A DNA stretch of 64,000 nucleotides from NCBI GenBank assembly GCA_053919585.1, contig CM132783.1; one strand, 5' to 3'. Positions 27,481-41,835 of this stretch are shown piece by piece. Under the pieces are notes generated by a model. That model was not told the DNA's origin and did no database searches. It saw only the letters and a program-made list of their open reading frames with translations. Position 1 is the stretch's first letter, and every line of letters begins with the position of its first letter. Made by a program: the position numbers and the translations under genes. The stretch is from Euprymna scolopes. Its lineage: Eukaryota.

Positions 27481-27859
27481 GGCATTGCGCCTTGTTAGTA
27501 TTTAAAAAATTGTCTCGAGTCACTCATCCACGAGTCTATTCATCAGACTTATTGATGGTGATCCTTGATTCATTAATAAAAAACACTTTACTGAAATCAG
27601 TTTTTTTTTTTTTTTTTTAATTCTGCTCGTCCAAGGTTCTTTTTCTTAGTGTTTATATATAGCCTTTCCTCAAGTAGCAGTGGGTGATTTGCATAAAATC
27701 ACTTATGGAAATTGCATAAAATGTCTTGTTAAGAATATTTCCAAATTTTTTCCATCGGCAAACTTCATAATGTTTCACACTTTGTTTACCTTGACAATCC
27801 AACGGATCTCTAGCGGCCTCAAATATATTTCGGTTTCTTATTAATTCTCTTTAGATATA

Positions 27860-28592
27860 TGCTGCTTGTGCGGAGTTCGCACTGGTAATCAGTGTGAAAA
27901 AGACAGTTGTGATGCATCAGGGTGACGCATCACTAATCACCATCAATGGCCACAAACTAGAAACTGTCAAGAACTTTGTGTATCTTGAATCCAACATCAA
28001 CAAGGGAATACCCATTGAACAGGAGCTACAAACGCACATAGGTAGAGCAGCGTCTACTTTCAACCGACTACGTTCAATAAATACCTCACTTCTCACACAA
28101 AATGCCGCATCTACGAATGCTGTGTTCTGAGTACCCTACTGTATGGAACAGAAACTTGGACCACGTATGCTCGTCACGAGAAAAGACTAAACGTCTACCA
28201 TCTCCGATGCTTGCGACATATCATGAGCATCAATTGGTGGGATAGAATCACCAACGAAGAGGTGCTAAGACGTGCCGGCAGCTGCTCCTTATTCCAGACA
28301 CTCAAGATCTGATGATCGAGTTGGCTTGGATACCTGCGCAGAATGCCCGATGGCCGTCTCCCTAAGGATATCCTCTACAGCAAACTAGCAAATGGAACAA
28401 GAAGCCGCGGTCGCCCGGTACTGCGCTTGAAAGACGTGGTCGAACAGGATCTGATCACTCTTAGCATCGATGTGAATGTGTGGGGGGAGTTAGCCGAAGA
28501 CAGACCAGCATGGAGGCGTGCCTTAAGTAAGGGTGACGAAGGACTTGAGAACCTTTGGTTTGAGAGGTTGGCACAGAGAAGACAAAACTAGT
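27860..28592 (+). mobile_element. RTE (BovB-like) LINE 3' part
   Basis: KKTVVMHQ...LETVKNFVYL...IGRAASTFNRL; LSTLLYGTETWTTY; MPDGRLPKDILY...RSRGRPVLRLKD...AEDRPAWR. Confidence 0.9.
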
Positions 28593-30849
28593 GACTACAT
28601 TTACTGTTGCTTGCATTAATCTTTCATAGATTGCTTGCCATTATTACATATGCGATAGATTTCGCTTTGTTAAATTCCTGAATTCAATCCAAGACTTCCT
28701 ATTTGACATATTTTCTCCGATGATCCTTATTTAAGTCATTTAGAAATTTGAAGCAAAAACTTTCTCTGGCTAATTTCTTTGATTATAAAGTTATTTTCAT
28801 TCAGTGTTAGTTCTTGTTCACGAGCCATGACTTACCTTTGCTAATTTCTTTGATTATATTATTCCTTTCCTTCTTTCTTAGTTCTTTTTTCACAAGCCAT
28901 GAAACTAAATTCTAATTCTTGCAAATAATCTACTGGCATTACTAATTGCTATAATTACTGCAAAAATACTAAATATTAATCTGAAATTGAAAATTGGAAC
29001 CGAATTGTTTCATGATTATTCTCTACACCTAGTAGTACAAATTATTTAATCCGATAACATATATGTATGAATTTTACATAAAATATTTGATAATATCTCT
29101 TTTACATATAATCTCTAAACGCAGTTTATATTGAAATAAATTGAATAATATATATTTTGGTGTTAAGAAGTTGTATAGATACTGTATAGCAGTTAACGTT
29201 CGTTAGACCCTAAGCCAGGTCCTACTTTTCTGACGTCAGAGAAATGACAGTGCAATGATTACGTAGATATGAAATGTGCACCCAGTTCAGATTCAGAACA
29301 TAAGGTCAGACATTCTATTTGAGAAATTGGCCATTCCAAAACTTGATGTCCTCATAAAGGAAAACAGTCTCCACTGGTTCGCATTATATTGTTGCACATA
29401 CACGTCTTGGAAATCCCATGGCAAGAGAGAAACTGTAGAAGAATAGCAAACACACAGCCACACACACACACATACAGTGAACTGTACGTAAGAACACACA
29501 CACACACACACGTATATGTAAGAACAGTGATAAACACACAGATCCATAAGAGAAAACGTAAAAGGAAACACTTAGTAATAAATGTAACAGCAAGGGGTAT
29601 ATCAGCACTCGCAGAGATCTAAGACTGGATAGCAAAAAGAATGACGGATGATCCTAAGAAACATGAAAAAAAATCATCAAGTAAGACCGTAAACAGTGGA
29701 AAATGGAGCATAAATGATAAACCATAAATGAGTGTTTAAATATCTTTTTTGTCATATGCTTTTAAATTAATTTTGTTTCGAAAAGTTCTGAGTTAAAAGA
29801 TTTCGTTTTGTGAATCTTGCAGTAGATTAGAAGTTAATGCGACAGACGACCAGGCATAGGAAAGTTACCGAGTTCTTCATTATTTCCATTCATTGCAGTT
29901 TGGCAATGCGATTCAGACAAATGTTACAAAGCAAATGTCTCAAATAGTTACCGGCTTTCTTTTTCCACTTTAAGATCCACTTTCCTCTTCACTTTCAAAA
30001 GCAAATTAATTTTACACAGAAGAGGGTTAATTCAAAATATTTTCAACCAATGAAAATCGTTTTAAATTCCCAAAAGTAACAATCCTGTATCAAATTAACC
30101 AAAGCCTATAAAAAAAGTTGGTTCTGGATGCCTCGATTCTTAGCATCAACAACGTCCATTCTAGAAACATTGAGTGCCTCAAGGTCACTATCTGCACTAC
30201 AAATCTTTTCTGAAGAAAAACAGCTATTTCCTTGTTTGGTCGATCTCTTTAAGAAAGAGAAAAAAAGAAAGTCTCCCTTTACCATGCTAGACAAATTGAA
30301 GAGTGATTTTTTTTTTTTAGAATTATAAAATATTCTTGTATGTTCACTACTAGAGAAATTCCAGTTTTATTTTAGTTTAATTCAATCTCTCCTTTACTAC
30401 ATTTTCTGCAGAGATATAATCAATTGGCCAAATGAGTTTTGGAGCACTGACCTCTTAATTAAGTTTTCAAATGGAATGGGTTTTGGTTCATAAATATATA
30501 TTCAATTTGAATAACATTTATTTTGTGATTCAATGTATCTGCTATTTAAAGCGATGATAAAGTTCAGTATCATGAGATAATAATGCATGGAAAGCAAAAC
30601 GCACATCGTTTACAGGCGAATAATTTTTATAAATATTTGGCCACTTAAAAAATGAATGAAAAGCCATAAGGGTCATTTAGAATTAGTTTATAAATCATGT
30701 CAGGCATGGAACGAACCAGCAATGGAGAATCATGGCAATGCATTTAAAATCACTGACACAACATACACAAATTATTAAATACCCACACAAAATAAAAATA
30801 ATTTGATTATCTGAATATATTAAAAAATTAAATATCAGATTTTATCCGG

Positions 30850-31420
30850 ACTGTTTTTCTTTATGTTTCTCAATTTTTGTGATGAAGTTAGATTATTTGG
30901 ACGACTGTTCTCATCTTGAGCGTTCTTTTTAAGTGAATGCAATCTCTAATATTTTTCAGGTGTATCTTGTCGAATTCATTGAATCTGCACAAAATTTCAA
31001 ATGGAAACCTTTATTTAATCCACCGGGATAGCAGACCCCAATTCCATCAGTTATGATCGGGTAGAAGTCTTAAGTAATCCACAACTGTATTTTTGGTATA
31101 AACTGCCTCTTCAGCCTCCAGAAGAGTGTCACTTAAAACTGAACTTTACTTAGTACTTTATCTGCTACATCACCTAGTACTATGTAAAATTCAAGTGTTG
31201 TCTGGTGATTGAAGGTTGAATTCTCAGTGAGGGCAATACGAAGAATAGAATTGTAAATTATTCAAGACTTATACCCAATCATAGGCTGACAAAACAAGAG
31301 CATGCTACTACCCCGTGGATTAAATTCCATGCAGATTTTTGAGTTTGACAGAAAGATTCCAGAATTCAACAACATACACCTGAAGAAGTTTGGAGGTTAC
31401 ATCATCTGAAACGTCATGTT
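30850..31420. mobile_element. Head-to-head inverted pair of short Penelope-like elements
   Basis: Plus copy has ACACCTGAAGAAG...TGAAACGT (31376-31414); 30900-31030 is a degenerate reverse complement of the same unit. Confidence 0.5.
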
Positions 31421-31792
31421 CTTTATTTCTTTACAGTAAACAAGTTTTTCTTTATCAATCAATTAAACAAGTTCCAAAGTATTTTCCAAAAGGATTTAAA
31501 ACCAATACTTGTTTAAAAGTACTCAATACTAGGTAGAGCTTTATGCATATTGATTATGCAAACGTTTGTGTTGCTTATGCTACAGTCGTCATGTTCTAGG
31601 GATAACAGCTCATTTGAGTTCAAAATGATTATGAAGATCAATCCAGAAACTGCACTGCTATTGTTTTTTGTTTTTGTTTTGATTTCTGGTTTGTTTTCCT
31701 TGTGCAAGTTATTTTCATCGCATTCTGGTGAAGTGGGATCATCAGAACGCGATTGCAATAACATAAGCCATAGAAATGTATTAACACTAGCA

Positions 31793-33340
31793 CAGTGTCG
31801 TAGCAAGGGGGGGGGGTGATAAATATAAGTTCCAGAGCCCTTATTGCCATTGACGCGCATATCTGCATCAGTCCTCATTGAATGTCCGTTTGCAATTTTA
31901 GGCTAAAGCCAACCTTTTTGTGATCAAGATACACACTGATGGCAAAATGTGTATTCCATTACATATCATGTAATGTCTGTGCTTGAAGATTTTTATAGTG
32001 AAGAAAGACTTTGCACCGAGACAATCCCACTCTCTTAACAACTGCCACATTGAACCAAAAAGAGCAAGTTGACATCATTGGATGCAGCAATCGCCGCAGG
32101 TTTTATATCAGGGTTTTCCTTCTCCTGGAGAGGTTGCCTTCACCACGGCTTACGGGAGCCCTCTCCACTCACCATGCCATTTTATCCATGACTAGGACTA
32201 CGGTTGCTGGGCACCAGAGCATACTCCACACACCGGTGGGTCATATATACCGCAGCTGACAGGGCCTAGGCTCCTTTGGAGGTTTCTGTCAGGGTTAAAA
32301 GAACCTTGGCCCACAAGGCAGTGGAGGTCCAGCTATACAGCGCAGGATACTCGCCATTCATCAGAGCCCCGTCTGCATGGCAGAGGTCACGACGTGCACG
32401 TGGGGTTGATTTGTTTGGGAGAAGCACAGAAATACGCTAAGACATCTGTGTGCTTTTAACACACGTCCACACCAGACCTTGACCATATATGTGTATGTAT
32501 GTATATATATGCATGCATATGTGTATACATGTATGTATACATAGTTTTTTTTTTATAAATTTAAGTTTGAATTTATAAATTTAATAAATTCAAATTTCAA
32601 ATATTCTCATTTAAATTTATAAAAAAATGCTTTCTAAAATGTGTGACTTTCCATCTCTTAAATTTTGTGCTTAAACCGAGCGATTAAACACGAGGATTTC
32701 AAAAAGCGCCGATACAAGACGTTTATTCCTCTTCGAGATGCTCGACCTCTTAATAATAACATTATGAAGTAAAAGAAAAGAAAACTACATTGGACTATCC
32801 TATCTTTGAAACAGTCATATTATTTGGCAAATATTCGGACTTTAATACGAACAAAAAAGTAAATAAAAATTATTTTATCATTTCATAACATTTTTAGGTG
32901 TCCAAATGTTCTCATTTAAATTTATTATTATATTTGTTTGTGTAGCCAATTAGTTTAACTTTTATTTATAATTTGAATTATACGTTTTTGTTTGGAAAAA
33001 AAAGTATTTTATTTCTTTTGTTTCATATTAACGTTTACATATTTCCCTTCAGATTAATGTTTACATACTTATTATTATTCAACTTATTGAAAAGAAATTG
33101 TTAAATTAAATTTAAATTTAATAAAAGAGGAATTGTGCAAACATTAATTTGAAGGCAATTGTCTAAACATTAGTTCAATGAAAATAAATATTTTGAGGGC
33201 TTTTTGGAATTTTAAAGGTTTAAACAGGTTGTCATATGCCAGCAGTAGGCGGGGGGGGGGCAAAACAGGTAATCATATGCCAGCACCGGGAGCAAATTTT
33301 ATGACCGCCCCAGGCAGCAAAATATGATGCTACACCACAA
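31793..33340. mobile_element. hAT-like non-autonomous element with nested repeats
   Basis: Perfect 8-bp TSD CACTAGCA (31785-31792 and 33341-33348); imperfect TIRs CAGTGTCGTAGCA / TGCTACACCACAA. Confidence 0.8.
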
Positions 33341-33639
33341 CACTAGCATATTTACTTAGTTTCTTCAGATTTCATAAGTATTACTAAATTGTTTTTAACC
33401 TGCAGGATTTTTCCTGGCCATCATTGCATGCTTCTAACTTTACACCTGAAAAAGCATGGGAGGAAATGTTAAGGATGGGTTCGGGAAGTCAATTACTAAA
33501 AACCATCGAACACATGCCAGTTTATAAAACAGGCGCATTATGAATTATCTTATGAATTCTTGACAATGAAATACCTTGCTTAGTGATCTAAGTGGTCTAT
33601 GTTTGGAAAGCAGCGACTTTTTTGAGGAGTGGAGGATTC

Positions 33640-33830
33640 TTTTTTATGGAAATCGCTCCAGACAAGGCATGAAGCCAATTTATGTAAGTAGCTAAAAATA
33701 CTACTACTAGGTCAAAAACTTGCCAACGATAAGTGTTAGATGGAATAGATTCTAGACTAGAAAACAGCAATTCTCCCTTCTTTGTCAGAATCGTCGGTCA
33801 TGGAATATGAAGACAAAAGAACAATAAATG
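33640..33830 (+). repeat. Unclassified dispersed repeat
   Basis: Shares blocks ATGGAAATCGCTCCA and GTTAGATGG...AGAAAACAGCAATT with 53840-54040. Confidence 0.6.
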
Positions 33831-34278
33831 AAGCAAGAGGTACAGAGTTTTATTACATCACATGTTTCAAAGAAGAGAAACAAATAAAGAAAATCCGTTT
33901 AGAATTCCAATTATTCACAATTACGATGACGAATGATTTCAGATTAGAATTTCCAGGCACGTTTTTCTTATTCATTGCTGCTTTGAAATAACGAATCGTT
34001 GTGATAGCAATTCTGGAAAATCTCTTTCTGTTGAATTGAGGTTGACCCACCACCACCAAAAAAGCAAGAAATTTGAAAAGAAAAAAAAAATGTAATTAAA
34101 CGAGAAATTCGTTTTAGTTAACGTCAGTAATTGGAAAATTTATTTCCCAAGAGTTTTAATTATTTTTTTACAGTGCTTGTGCAGTACAATGGGATCTCAA
34201 AACTTTGATGTACATATTTAAAACTGTTGTATCTGTGATCAGTGGAATTGTATCATAAGGTTACTGGTACAATCCTAA

Positions 34279-34318
<40 letters not shown>

Positions 34319-35218
34319 AGCAAAACTCTTCTGTGCAATCAATCAAGCACATCTTAGCTGAGACTTCTAAGATAAATAGAGACATCATTAATGATTATTA
34401 TCCTCAAAATAATAATCTGGGTAGAATTTGCCTTTCTGATCAGTCTATTGTCAGAGGATTAATTTGTTTAAGAGAGCATCTGAGAAGAAAGTCATATGAT
34501 GAAATGAAATTCATCATTAAAAACCGAGGTTATTGTAAAGTCTAAGCACATGAAGACAGCCAATGAAAATAGATTATAAATGAAGCATGAATAGAATTCA
34601 ATTAGTTACTTTCAAAGTTATTTTTGATACTTTGTATATTTACAGATCTACTGACATATTTATCTATCTACTAGAGGAACCTGTGCTAATTCCACAGTGG
34701 ACTCGTATGTAGTATATTGATCTTGGAATTCTGTGAATGTTTAGCATAAATCGAGACGCCCAGATATTATTGTAGTTTTTTTTTTTTTTGTTAAAATTGC
34801 AAAAAGTATTTATCTAAGCTAGCAGGGACTCACAGTGTAGCCCGGTTTTAAAATACATTTAAAACATGATATTTTAATTTATGCAGTTTTCGTATATATT
34901 ATTATACAGTAAATTTTCTATTCTTATATATTATAAAGCTGTTATTTCAAAAACACACACACATGTATATATATATATCCATACGGTTTGGGTGCATCAG
35001 CTATAATCGAAACCGAAACCAAAACTTATGAAGAATTCTTGGTAAAATTATTTATTACAAGAAATGGAAGGTCATAACAATTAAACGACAGTCACTCGGA
35101 AGAAAGATGTAAGCGTGACACACAAAATAACACACACGCTACTGTATTAATATATTGATGAAGCGGTCATTAAGTTAGACGATCTCCGTTGTTTTATATG
35201 CTATGATTCAACTGCCCC

Positions 35219-35405
35219 ATTTAGCACAATGGTAAGAGGGTCTGCCAATGAGCTGGGAGACTAGCGTTCAACCCTTGGTAAGGTTATACTAAAAATTTTT
35301 TAAATGGTACTTAATATCTCTTGGTTAAACACACAGCATTTTAAGAGGAGTATCAAGCATAAATGGAGCCATTGGGTCGCTGTCAACTATGGTTGATCAC
35401 TTTAC
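35219..35405 (+). mobile_element. tRNA-derived SINE (Meta-domain-like), degenerate
   Basis: A-box-like TAGCACAATGGTAAGAG, B-box-like GCGTTCAACCC, followed by GGTTATACTAAAAA...AAATGGTAC central block. Confidence 0.6.
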
Positions 35406-35559
35406 ATACACTGATTTATGTGTAAGAATAAATGCTTTCGTCAGCTGTGTTATATATATATGTGTGTGTGTGTGTACTTATGCATGAATGTGTATATGTT
35501 AAGGTATTTGAGGGCATTTGTTTTCGTAATTTATATTGAAAATATACAACTTAATGATT

Positions 35560-36307
35560 TTTTTTTGCTTTGAGAAGATCCCATGGCATCTGCTACTTTA
35601 ATAAAATGAAAAGACGCCGTAATAGTGTCTGTAAAAGCATAGTAATTGAGAAATTGCAGGATTTCTAAAAGTCGCGAAATCTTTCATTTGCAAAGTTAAA
35701 TAGCTAAATAGTTGTGATGAATTGGCCATGAGCAAGAGCAAACAGCATTGTTAACGTTATGACTCATTCAGAACAACTGAGTTTGTCAGAAGTGTGATCG
35801 ACGAAAATCTTGGGACATCAATGCGACATCTTGTAAAAGATCTTCAAGTGTCTGAAGAAACAATAAAGAATGTTGTTCATCAAGATTTCGGATACAAATC
35901 ATACGTTCTTAGGCGAAGTCAGTTCACGTCTACAAAACCCCAAGAGAATCGTTTAATGCGTGTAAAACAACTTTTAAACAAATTGAGGCATCCAGAAGAA
36001 CAGGAGTTCCTTTGGGTTTTATCCGATGATCAGGCCAGATCTTAATCCTTTGAACTATGATGTATGGGGCGTTGTTGAAAACGAAGTTAATAAGCATCCT
36101 CTCTGATGGAAACAATAGCTCGAGCAATGAAGGACAAAAATAAAGGTTACTTTATCAAAAATTGCAGTCACTTTCCAACTTTGATACAAAATAAAGCGTA
36201 GATTAATATTATATTTGTTTTATTAAAAGAAAAGTGTAAATTTCGACAATTCAACAGTTTTATTTTGTGTTTTTCTAAAAGTGTCCCCAGATTACTTATG
36301 CACCCCA
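35560..36307 (+). mobile_element. mariner/maT element, internally deleted
   Basis: HTH-like IDENLGTSMRHLVKDLQVSEETIKNVVHQDFGYKSY; PDLNPLNYDVWGVVE at ~36035-36080. Confidence 0.8.
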
Positions 36308-36946
36308 TGTGTGCATATATATATATATATATACATATATTGACAGTAATAACTGACAGTATAGAAAAAGTAACAAAGCAATTCTTATGCAACTCTTTCA
36401 CAATCACAATTTCCTGCAAATATTCTGTTTTCAGGCAAAAAGACACATTTTGTCAGCATTTAATAAATAATATAATTTATTTTATTTGCCCTCACTCTTT
36501 ATATTTGCATAAATTTACTCCTCCTACGGATCCCGCAATCACCGAGTCTTTTTTTCAAAGCTGTACATAAATATCACTGAAAAAAAAAAAAAAATTCGCC
36601 TTCTTAGGCAATCTGTTACTACTTTCTAACGTTAGCCTATTAACTAAAATTAACGACCGCTCCTTTATCTTGCTTGATTTTACGGGAAAACGAAATACAC
36701 CGCTATCAGCAGTTCAATATATAGATATTAACACTATAATCAGAATAAGAGTCTTTTTTTTTTCAAATACGAAAAATACACCTCATTTGCAGTGTCGATT
36801 TTACATACATATAACCGAAAAAGCAAGTTTACATATCATACGGCACCTACATATAGTTTACTTCTTTAGGATATAAAACCATATCTTGGCAAGAACAAAT
36901 TTCGTTTAATCATCAAAGACACCTATTCATGCTATATTTAGAGAAG

Positions 36947-39900
36947 ATGTGCTACTTTATTGATTGTTGTAAGAATTAATGAAGAAAGTAATAAACTCAC
37001 AACCGGATGTTTACTCGTCGACTCTCAGAGACAGTGTGTAAACGTGTCACTAGGCATAGGCTCGACGCATTCATTCAGTCAAAAAGAGAAAAATAATAAA
37101 AATTAATTAGCCAATGGGAGCGGGGCGCGATAAAAATAAAATGTAACAATCAAAGTGTCTGTAGGGGCCGGTAAAATGAGATAAAACCCAAGATTTTTGT
37201 AACCGGGAAACAAGATGCCAAGGAGACAAGACACAGGTGCAGTCAAGCAGGAAGTCACCCGCTTTCGCTGTTAAGAGCCGGCAAAGACTCCTCTTTGTGA
37301 CCGCTACTCGACCACCAAAAAATGAAAGAAATAAGTACTCTTTATGAACATTCTTCCTCTTTTTCTCCGTTCATTCCAACGCCTTACTTTGTATTATTTT
37401 GAAAGGTGACGACACATGAAAATGAACTTTTTTGAACACTCGCATTCAATCTAGTCTTTTGTTGATGATAAAAGTTATTCAAACCTTAAATGCTCATAGT
37501 TTGTTTTGTGTTAAATGGAATTTCTATTTTATGCTTTTTATGTCGTAACACACAACAAACGAAGCTATAAATGGTGCCATTCCGACGTTTCTGCTCGTAC
37601 TTTGAAATAAAGAAATTCAGCGTGTTCCTCTTTTTAGTCACTCTAATTGATTAAATTAGAGTGACTAAAATGTTAATTAATTACGAAGCCGCTTTTTTCC
37701 TCTGGAAAGAAAACGTTTCTAAAAAAAAAAAAAAAAAAAAACTGCTGAAATAATATTTCTAGTATTCTTTAATATCTCTCCTACCAAAATCTACAAGATC
37801 GTCGGTTTCGGTAAAAATCCCAGGGCTTATGCATGCTACTGTTGACAGGTAGTTTGCTATATGCGAGGTTCAGTTTGAGTTGAGGAATATATCCAATGAG
37901 ACCACAAAATTCTACCATGTCCTCTCAAACCTCTCTTCAGATTAAATCTCAGACCTGATCACTACCACCATTAACTTAAAGCTGAAAGAAGCCGTAGTAA
38001 ACATGCATGAACAATCAAAACCAGAGTTGTTCAACAGATCCATTGCCACAACTATGGCAGGAAACCCGTCAACTTACCAACAGGAACTGATAGCGATGGC
38101 CAGTAAAATAGGTGTTGGAGAGGAACTCATGTGGTACAAATTCATGTAGGCACTGCCGACTGAAATAACCTCGGATAACAATAGTTAAAAAAAAAGCCTC
38201 TGCAAATAGTAGCTTTTCTGAAGCAAGAATATGTACATAACGTGACCGCACCACCACCACAACCAAATGCCAATAGACACACAGTTTCAACTGGTGCTGC
38301 CCCAAGGACAATTTATAATGTAAGACCTTTTTATGAGGACCAAAAACTCCAAATATGTCAAGGACACATTTACTTTGTCGAGAAATCAAGGACCTGTAAA
38401 TCATGGTGTAAATGGCTACAGAAATCTAATTGCAAAATGATGCCCACATCAAGATCATCCTCCCCTGCCAGACAAGCTAGCCTGCAAGCTTTAGAAAACT
38501 TAGAATGTAAGTTGAAGTAGTAGACGACAACTTGCAGCTATTTGAGGTTGCAACTAAAATTGAAAAAAAAAACAATATGTTTCATAATAAACACATCAAT
38601 CCTGTGCATCTCTCAGCAGCAAATGGGGAGACCATAAAATACTTTCAGGAAATGCAGTTGAACATTGTTATTCCAGGCCTATGTCACTCATACTCTTAGA
38701 CTGTTGTAATCGCAGACACTTTTAACCCTCTTAAAGGATACAGTCCCTCCTTCAAAAATTCCCCAAACTCACTAGACCACGCAGTGAACAATGTCTGGCA
38801 TCTAAGTAACTCACGTCATAGACACTGGAGATAATGTTCCAACTTACACCAAAGTTCAACTGTTCAAAGAAAAATATGAAGAAGCAAAGCAGGAGTTCAC
38901 AGAATTTTAAAAGCTGGTATAATAAAACCTTCAAAATCTCCATGGCCCTCACCAATCCACCGAGTTTCAAAATCAACTACAGGGAAATGGAGAGCGTGTG
39001 ATGACTTCAGACAACTCAACCACCAGACAAAACCAGACAGATACCGAATCCCAAACATCAACGGCCTCAGATCCAAGGTTTCTGAGAATTTATTTTAAAA
39101 GATCGACCTATTACAGGCCTATCATCAAATTCCAATTCAAAAGGCTGATATTGAAAAATATGCAGTAATGACGCCGTTTGGTCTTTAATTTATGCCATTT
39201 GGATTGCGAAGTAGCAATTTGATGGATGTTAGCTGTGTTTTTGTATATATCGATGATATTTTGGTGCTTTCCGAGTTAGAAGAACAACACCACAGTGACC
39301 TGAAAAAAAGTTCAAATAATAAAATCTCCATCGACAAATGCCAATTTTATAAACGAAACATTTAACTTTTGGGCAAGTTCTGAAGAACTTAAGCCAACAG
39401 TACAGAAAGTTGAAGGTATAAAAAAAAAAAACTTCCCAGAATCAACAGACTTCAAATCCCTCCAACGATGCCTGGGAATGGTGAATTTTTACAGAAAATT
39501 AATTCCACAGGCTGCAGATGTACTACTGCCTCTGACTGAAGCTATTAAACAACACTGCAGCTAAAACCCTGGAATTAGGCCCACCTGAAAAGGAAGCATT
39601 TACCAAAATAAAAGATAAAAGACACCCTTGCCGAGATATCTGCACTGACACGCCCCCACTCCAAATGCCACACAATACCACCTAGTCACAGATAGCTCCA
39701 ACTATGCTGTAGGTGCAGCACTGCACCAAATAATAAATGGTGAATCAATCCCTGTTGGATTCTACTAGTGAAAACTATTGGAAAGCCAAACGAAATACTC
39801 CACCTTTAACAAAAAACTTTAACTATTAGCGGCATACCAGGCAGTCTTACATTTTAAACCACGAATAGAAAGTAGAAATGTTACACTGTTCACAGACCAC

Positions 39901-41330
39901 AAGTCACTGTCTCTAGCATTTAAAAAAGACACCAACGTAATCCGATATATAACAACGATATCTATCAATTATCATGGAATATGTTGTATCAGAAAAGTAC
40001 AAAAGTCAGTTGAAAACTTAGGAAATACAAGGGTCATTTATCTGGTGTGACTTAACATCTACTAAGATATCTTAGACGTATACGGACTTGGGCAAAAAGC
40101 GGCCAAGGTTTTTCCCAAGCCACTGTGTTTACAGAAATTCGACTACTCCTACCAAAATTTATAATAAACCAGGGAGATCCGAATCTATATAGAAATGGCA
40201 TAAAAAGAATTGCCAAAGAATGCAAAAGTTCGACACGGGGTTACTCTCAGAAAACTACATATAATGCAGAAAGCATTTATACTGGAAAATCCGAAGTCTG
40301 CAACATATGAATGGCTCCGAACAGATAGAATCCGAAAGCCACTGGAAGCTTTGTACTCGAGCCTACATAGGGTCATCCAAAGATAAAATAAACACTTCCA
40401 AATTGAAACACAATCCGGAAAGAAGCAAACAATTCCAATAGAAAAACTAAAACCAGTTAAATTCTATGAGGCCAAAACAACGGTAACACTGGTGACAAAA
40501 ACACCAAACGGTGGGCAAAAAACGAAAATACTTCAGGACATTCGGAATCTCAAACACAGGATGCACAAGATCTACCTCTAGAACCTATTGTCACACGTTC
40601 AGGCGAACGTGTTCGCTTTGCAAACCACAATGATCATATTTACTACATTTAAATGAGGTTATAATAAAAATTCACCTCTTGCAAAAATTTCATAATAGTA
40701 AGAAACCTAAACACACTGCCAGTTACCAGTACTCTCATTTGGGGTTCTCACAATAGCTCTGCTATTTCACGACGCAATGTATTGTGGGGATTCATGAAGA
40801 AAGTATAAGCTCCCAGCCGGATGTTTACTCATTGGTTGTCAGAAACAAAGTTTGTAAACGCGTCACTACGCATAGGCTCGATGAACCCATCCAGTCAAAA
40901 AGAGGAAAATAAAACAAGATTTAATGAGCCAATAGGAGTGGGGCGTGAAAATTTTTTTAACAAACAACGTGTCTGTGGGAGCCGGTAAAATGAAAAACCC
41001 AAGATTTTTGTAAACGAAAGACAAGGGTGCGGAAAATCACTTGCTTTCGCTGTTAAAAGCCGACAAACACTCCTCTTTGCAACCGCTACCCGACCAAGAA
41101 AAAAGAAACAAGGAATAAGTACTCTTTATGAACATTCTACCTCTTTTTCGCGGTTTATTCCAACGCCTTACTTTGTATTATTTTTCAAAGGTGACAACAC
41201 AGAAATGAACTTTTTGAACGCTCATATTCAATCTAGTCTTTTTGTTGATAAATGCTCATAGTTTGTTTTGTGTTAAATGGAATTTCTATTTTATGCTTTT
41301 TGTATGTTGTAATGCCCAACTGAGACTAAA
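36947..41330 (+). mobile_element. Decayed Gypsy LTR retrotransposon, CsRn1/Kabuki-type
   Basis: Diverged LTRs ~36947-37569 and ~40757-41330. PBS-like TGGTGCCATTCCGACG at 37572 (degenerate tRNA-Trp complement). Gag FAICEVQFELRNISNETTKFYHVL and CHCC motif CQGH...CKSWCKW. RT motifs FRQLN...PDRY and YIDDILV; RNase H VTDSSNYAVGAALHQ. Integrase core largely deleted. Confidence 0.9.
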
Positions 41331-41669
41331 TTTGTTTTGTTTTTCATTTTTATAATAAAGAAAAACTTTATACTCTTAGTTTGTGTCATGTTAAATGGAG
41401 TTTCTAATTTTTTTTTTTTTGTTATAATACACAACCAAAGCTGTATAGTATTTTCAGGAAATTTAACTAACTTGCTTGGATTCTGCATCTTTGGATTTTA
41501 CCATCATTGGGAATTTTACCCTTCACCAGAGTTCTCATTCATGTGAAATCACTTTTTTATTCACCCTATTCCCTCTGCTTGATTTTTGTTATCAAGTAAG
41601 ATCAATGACTTGTAGTTTCATTTAATACTTTTGCAAGAAAAATCCGATCCCGCATTTTGCTAAATCCTA

Positions 41670-41717
41670 CCCTCTGATGAGAAGGAAAGCATTTCTCCGA
41701 AACTCCATGGATTAAGG
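41670..41717 (+). ncRNA. Minimal type I hammerhead ribozyme motif, near-canonical
   Basis: CCT-CTGATGA-GAAGGAAAGCATTTCTCC-GAAAC-TCCATGGA-TTA|AGG; palindromic stem III; one mismatch at 15.2/16.2. Confidence 0.6.
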
Positions 41718-41835
41718 ACTATCCACTTATTTAGTGTTTCCTTTTTAAAATTAAATATGTTTTTAACTCTTTTTGAAAGTGTTTTTAACATGCTTTATTA
41801 ACTACTTATTATATATATATATATATATACGCATG

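Noticed and set aside
27505-27550. Minus-strand CTGATGA...GAGAC hammerhead-like motif
   Set aside because: The GAAA box is mutated and there is no stem I or cleavage triplet; too degenerate to call.
28640-28960. Possible PIF/Harbinger transposase remnant on the minus strand
   Set aside because: Only vague similarity; no catalytic motif could be recovered.
29293-30328. Cluster of short overlapping ORFs as possible host exons
   Set aside because: Low-complexity (CA)n-driven or motif-less translations; no recognisable domain or splice pattern.
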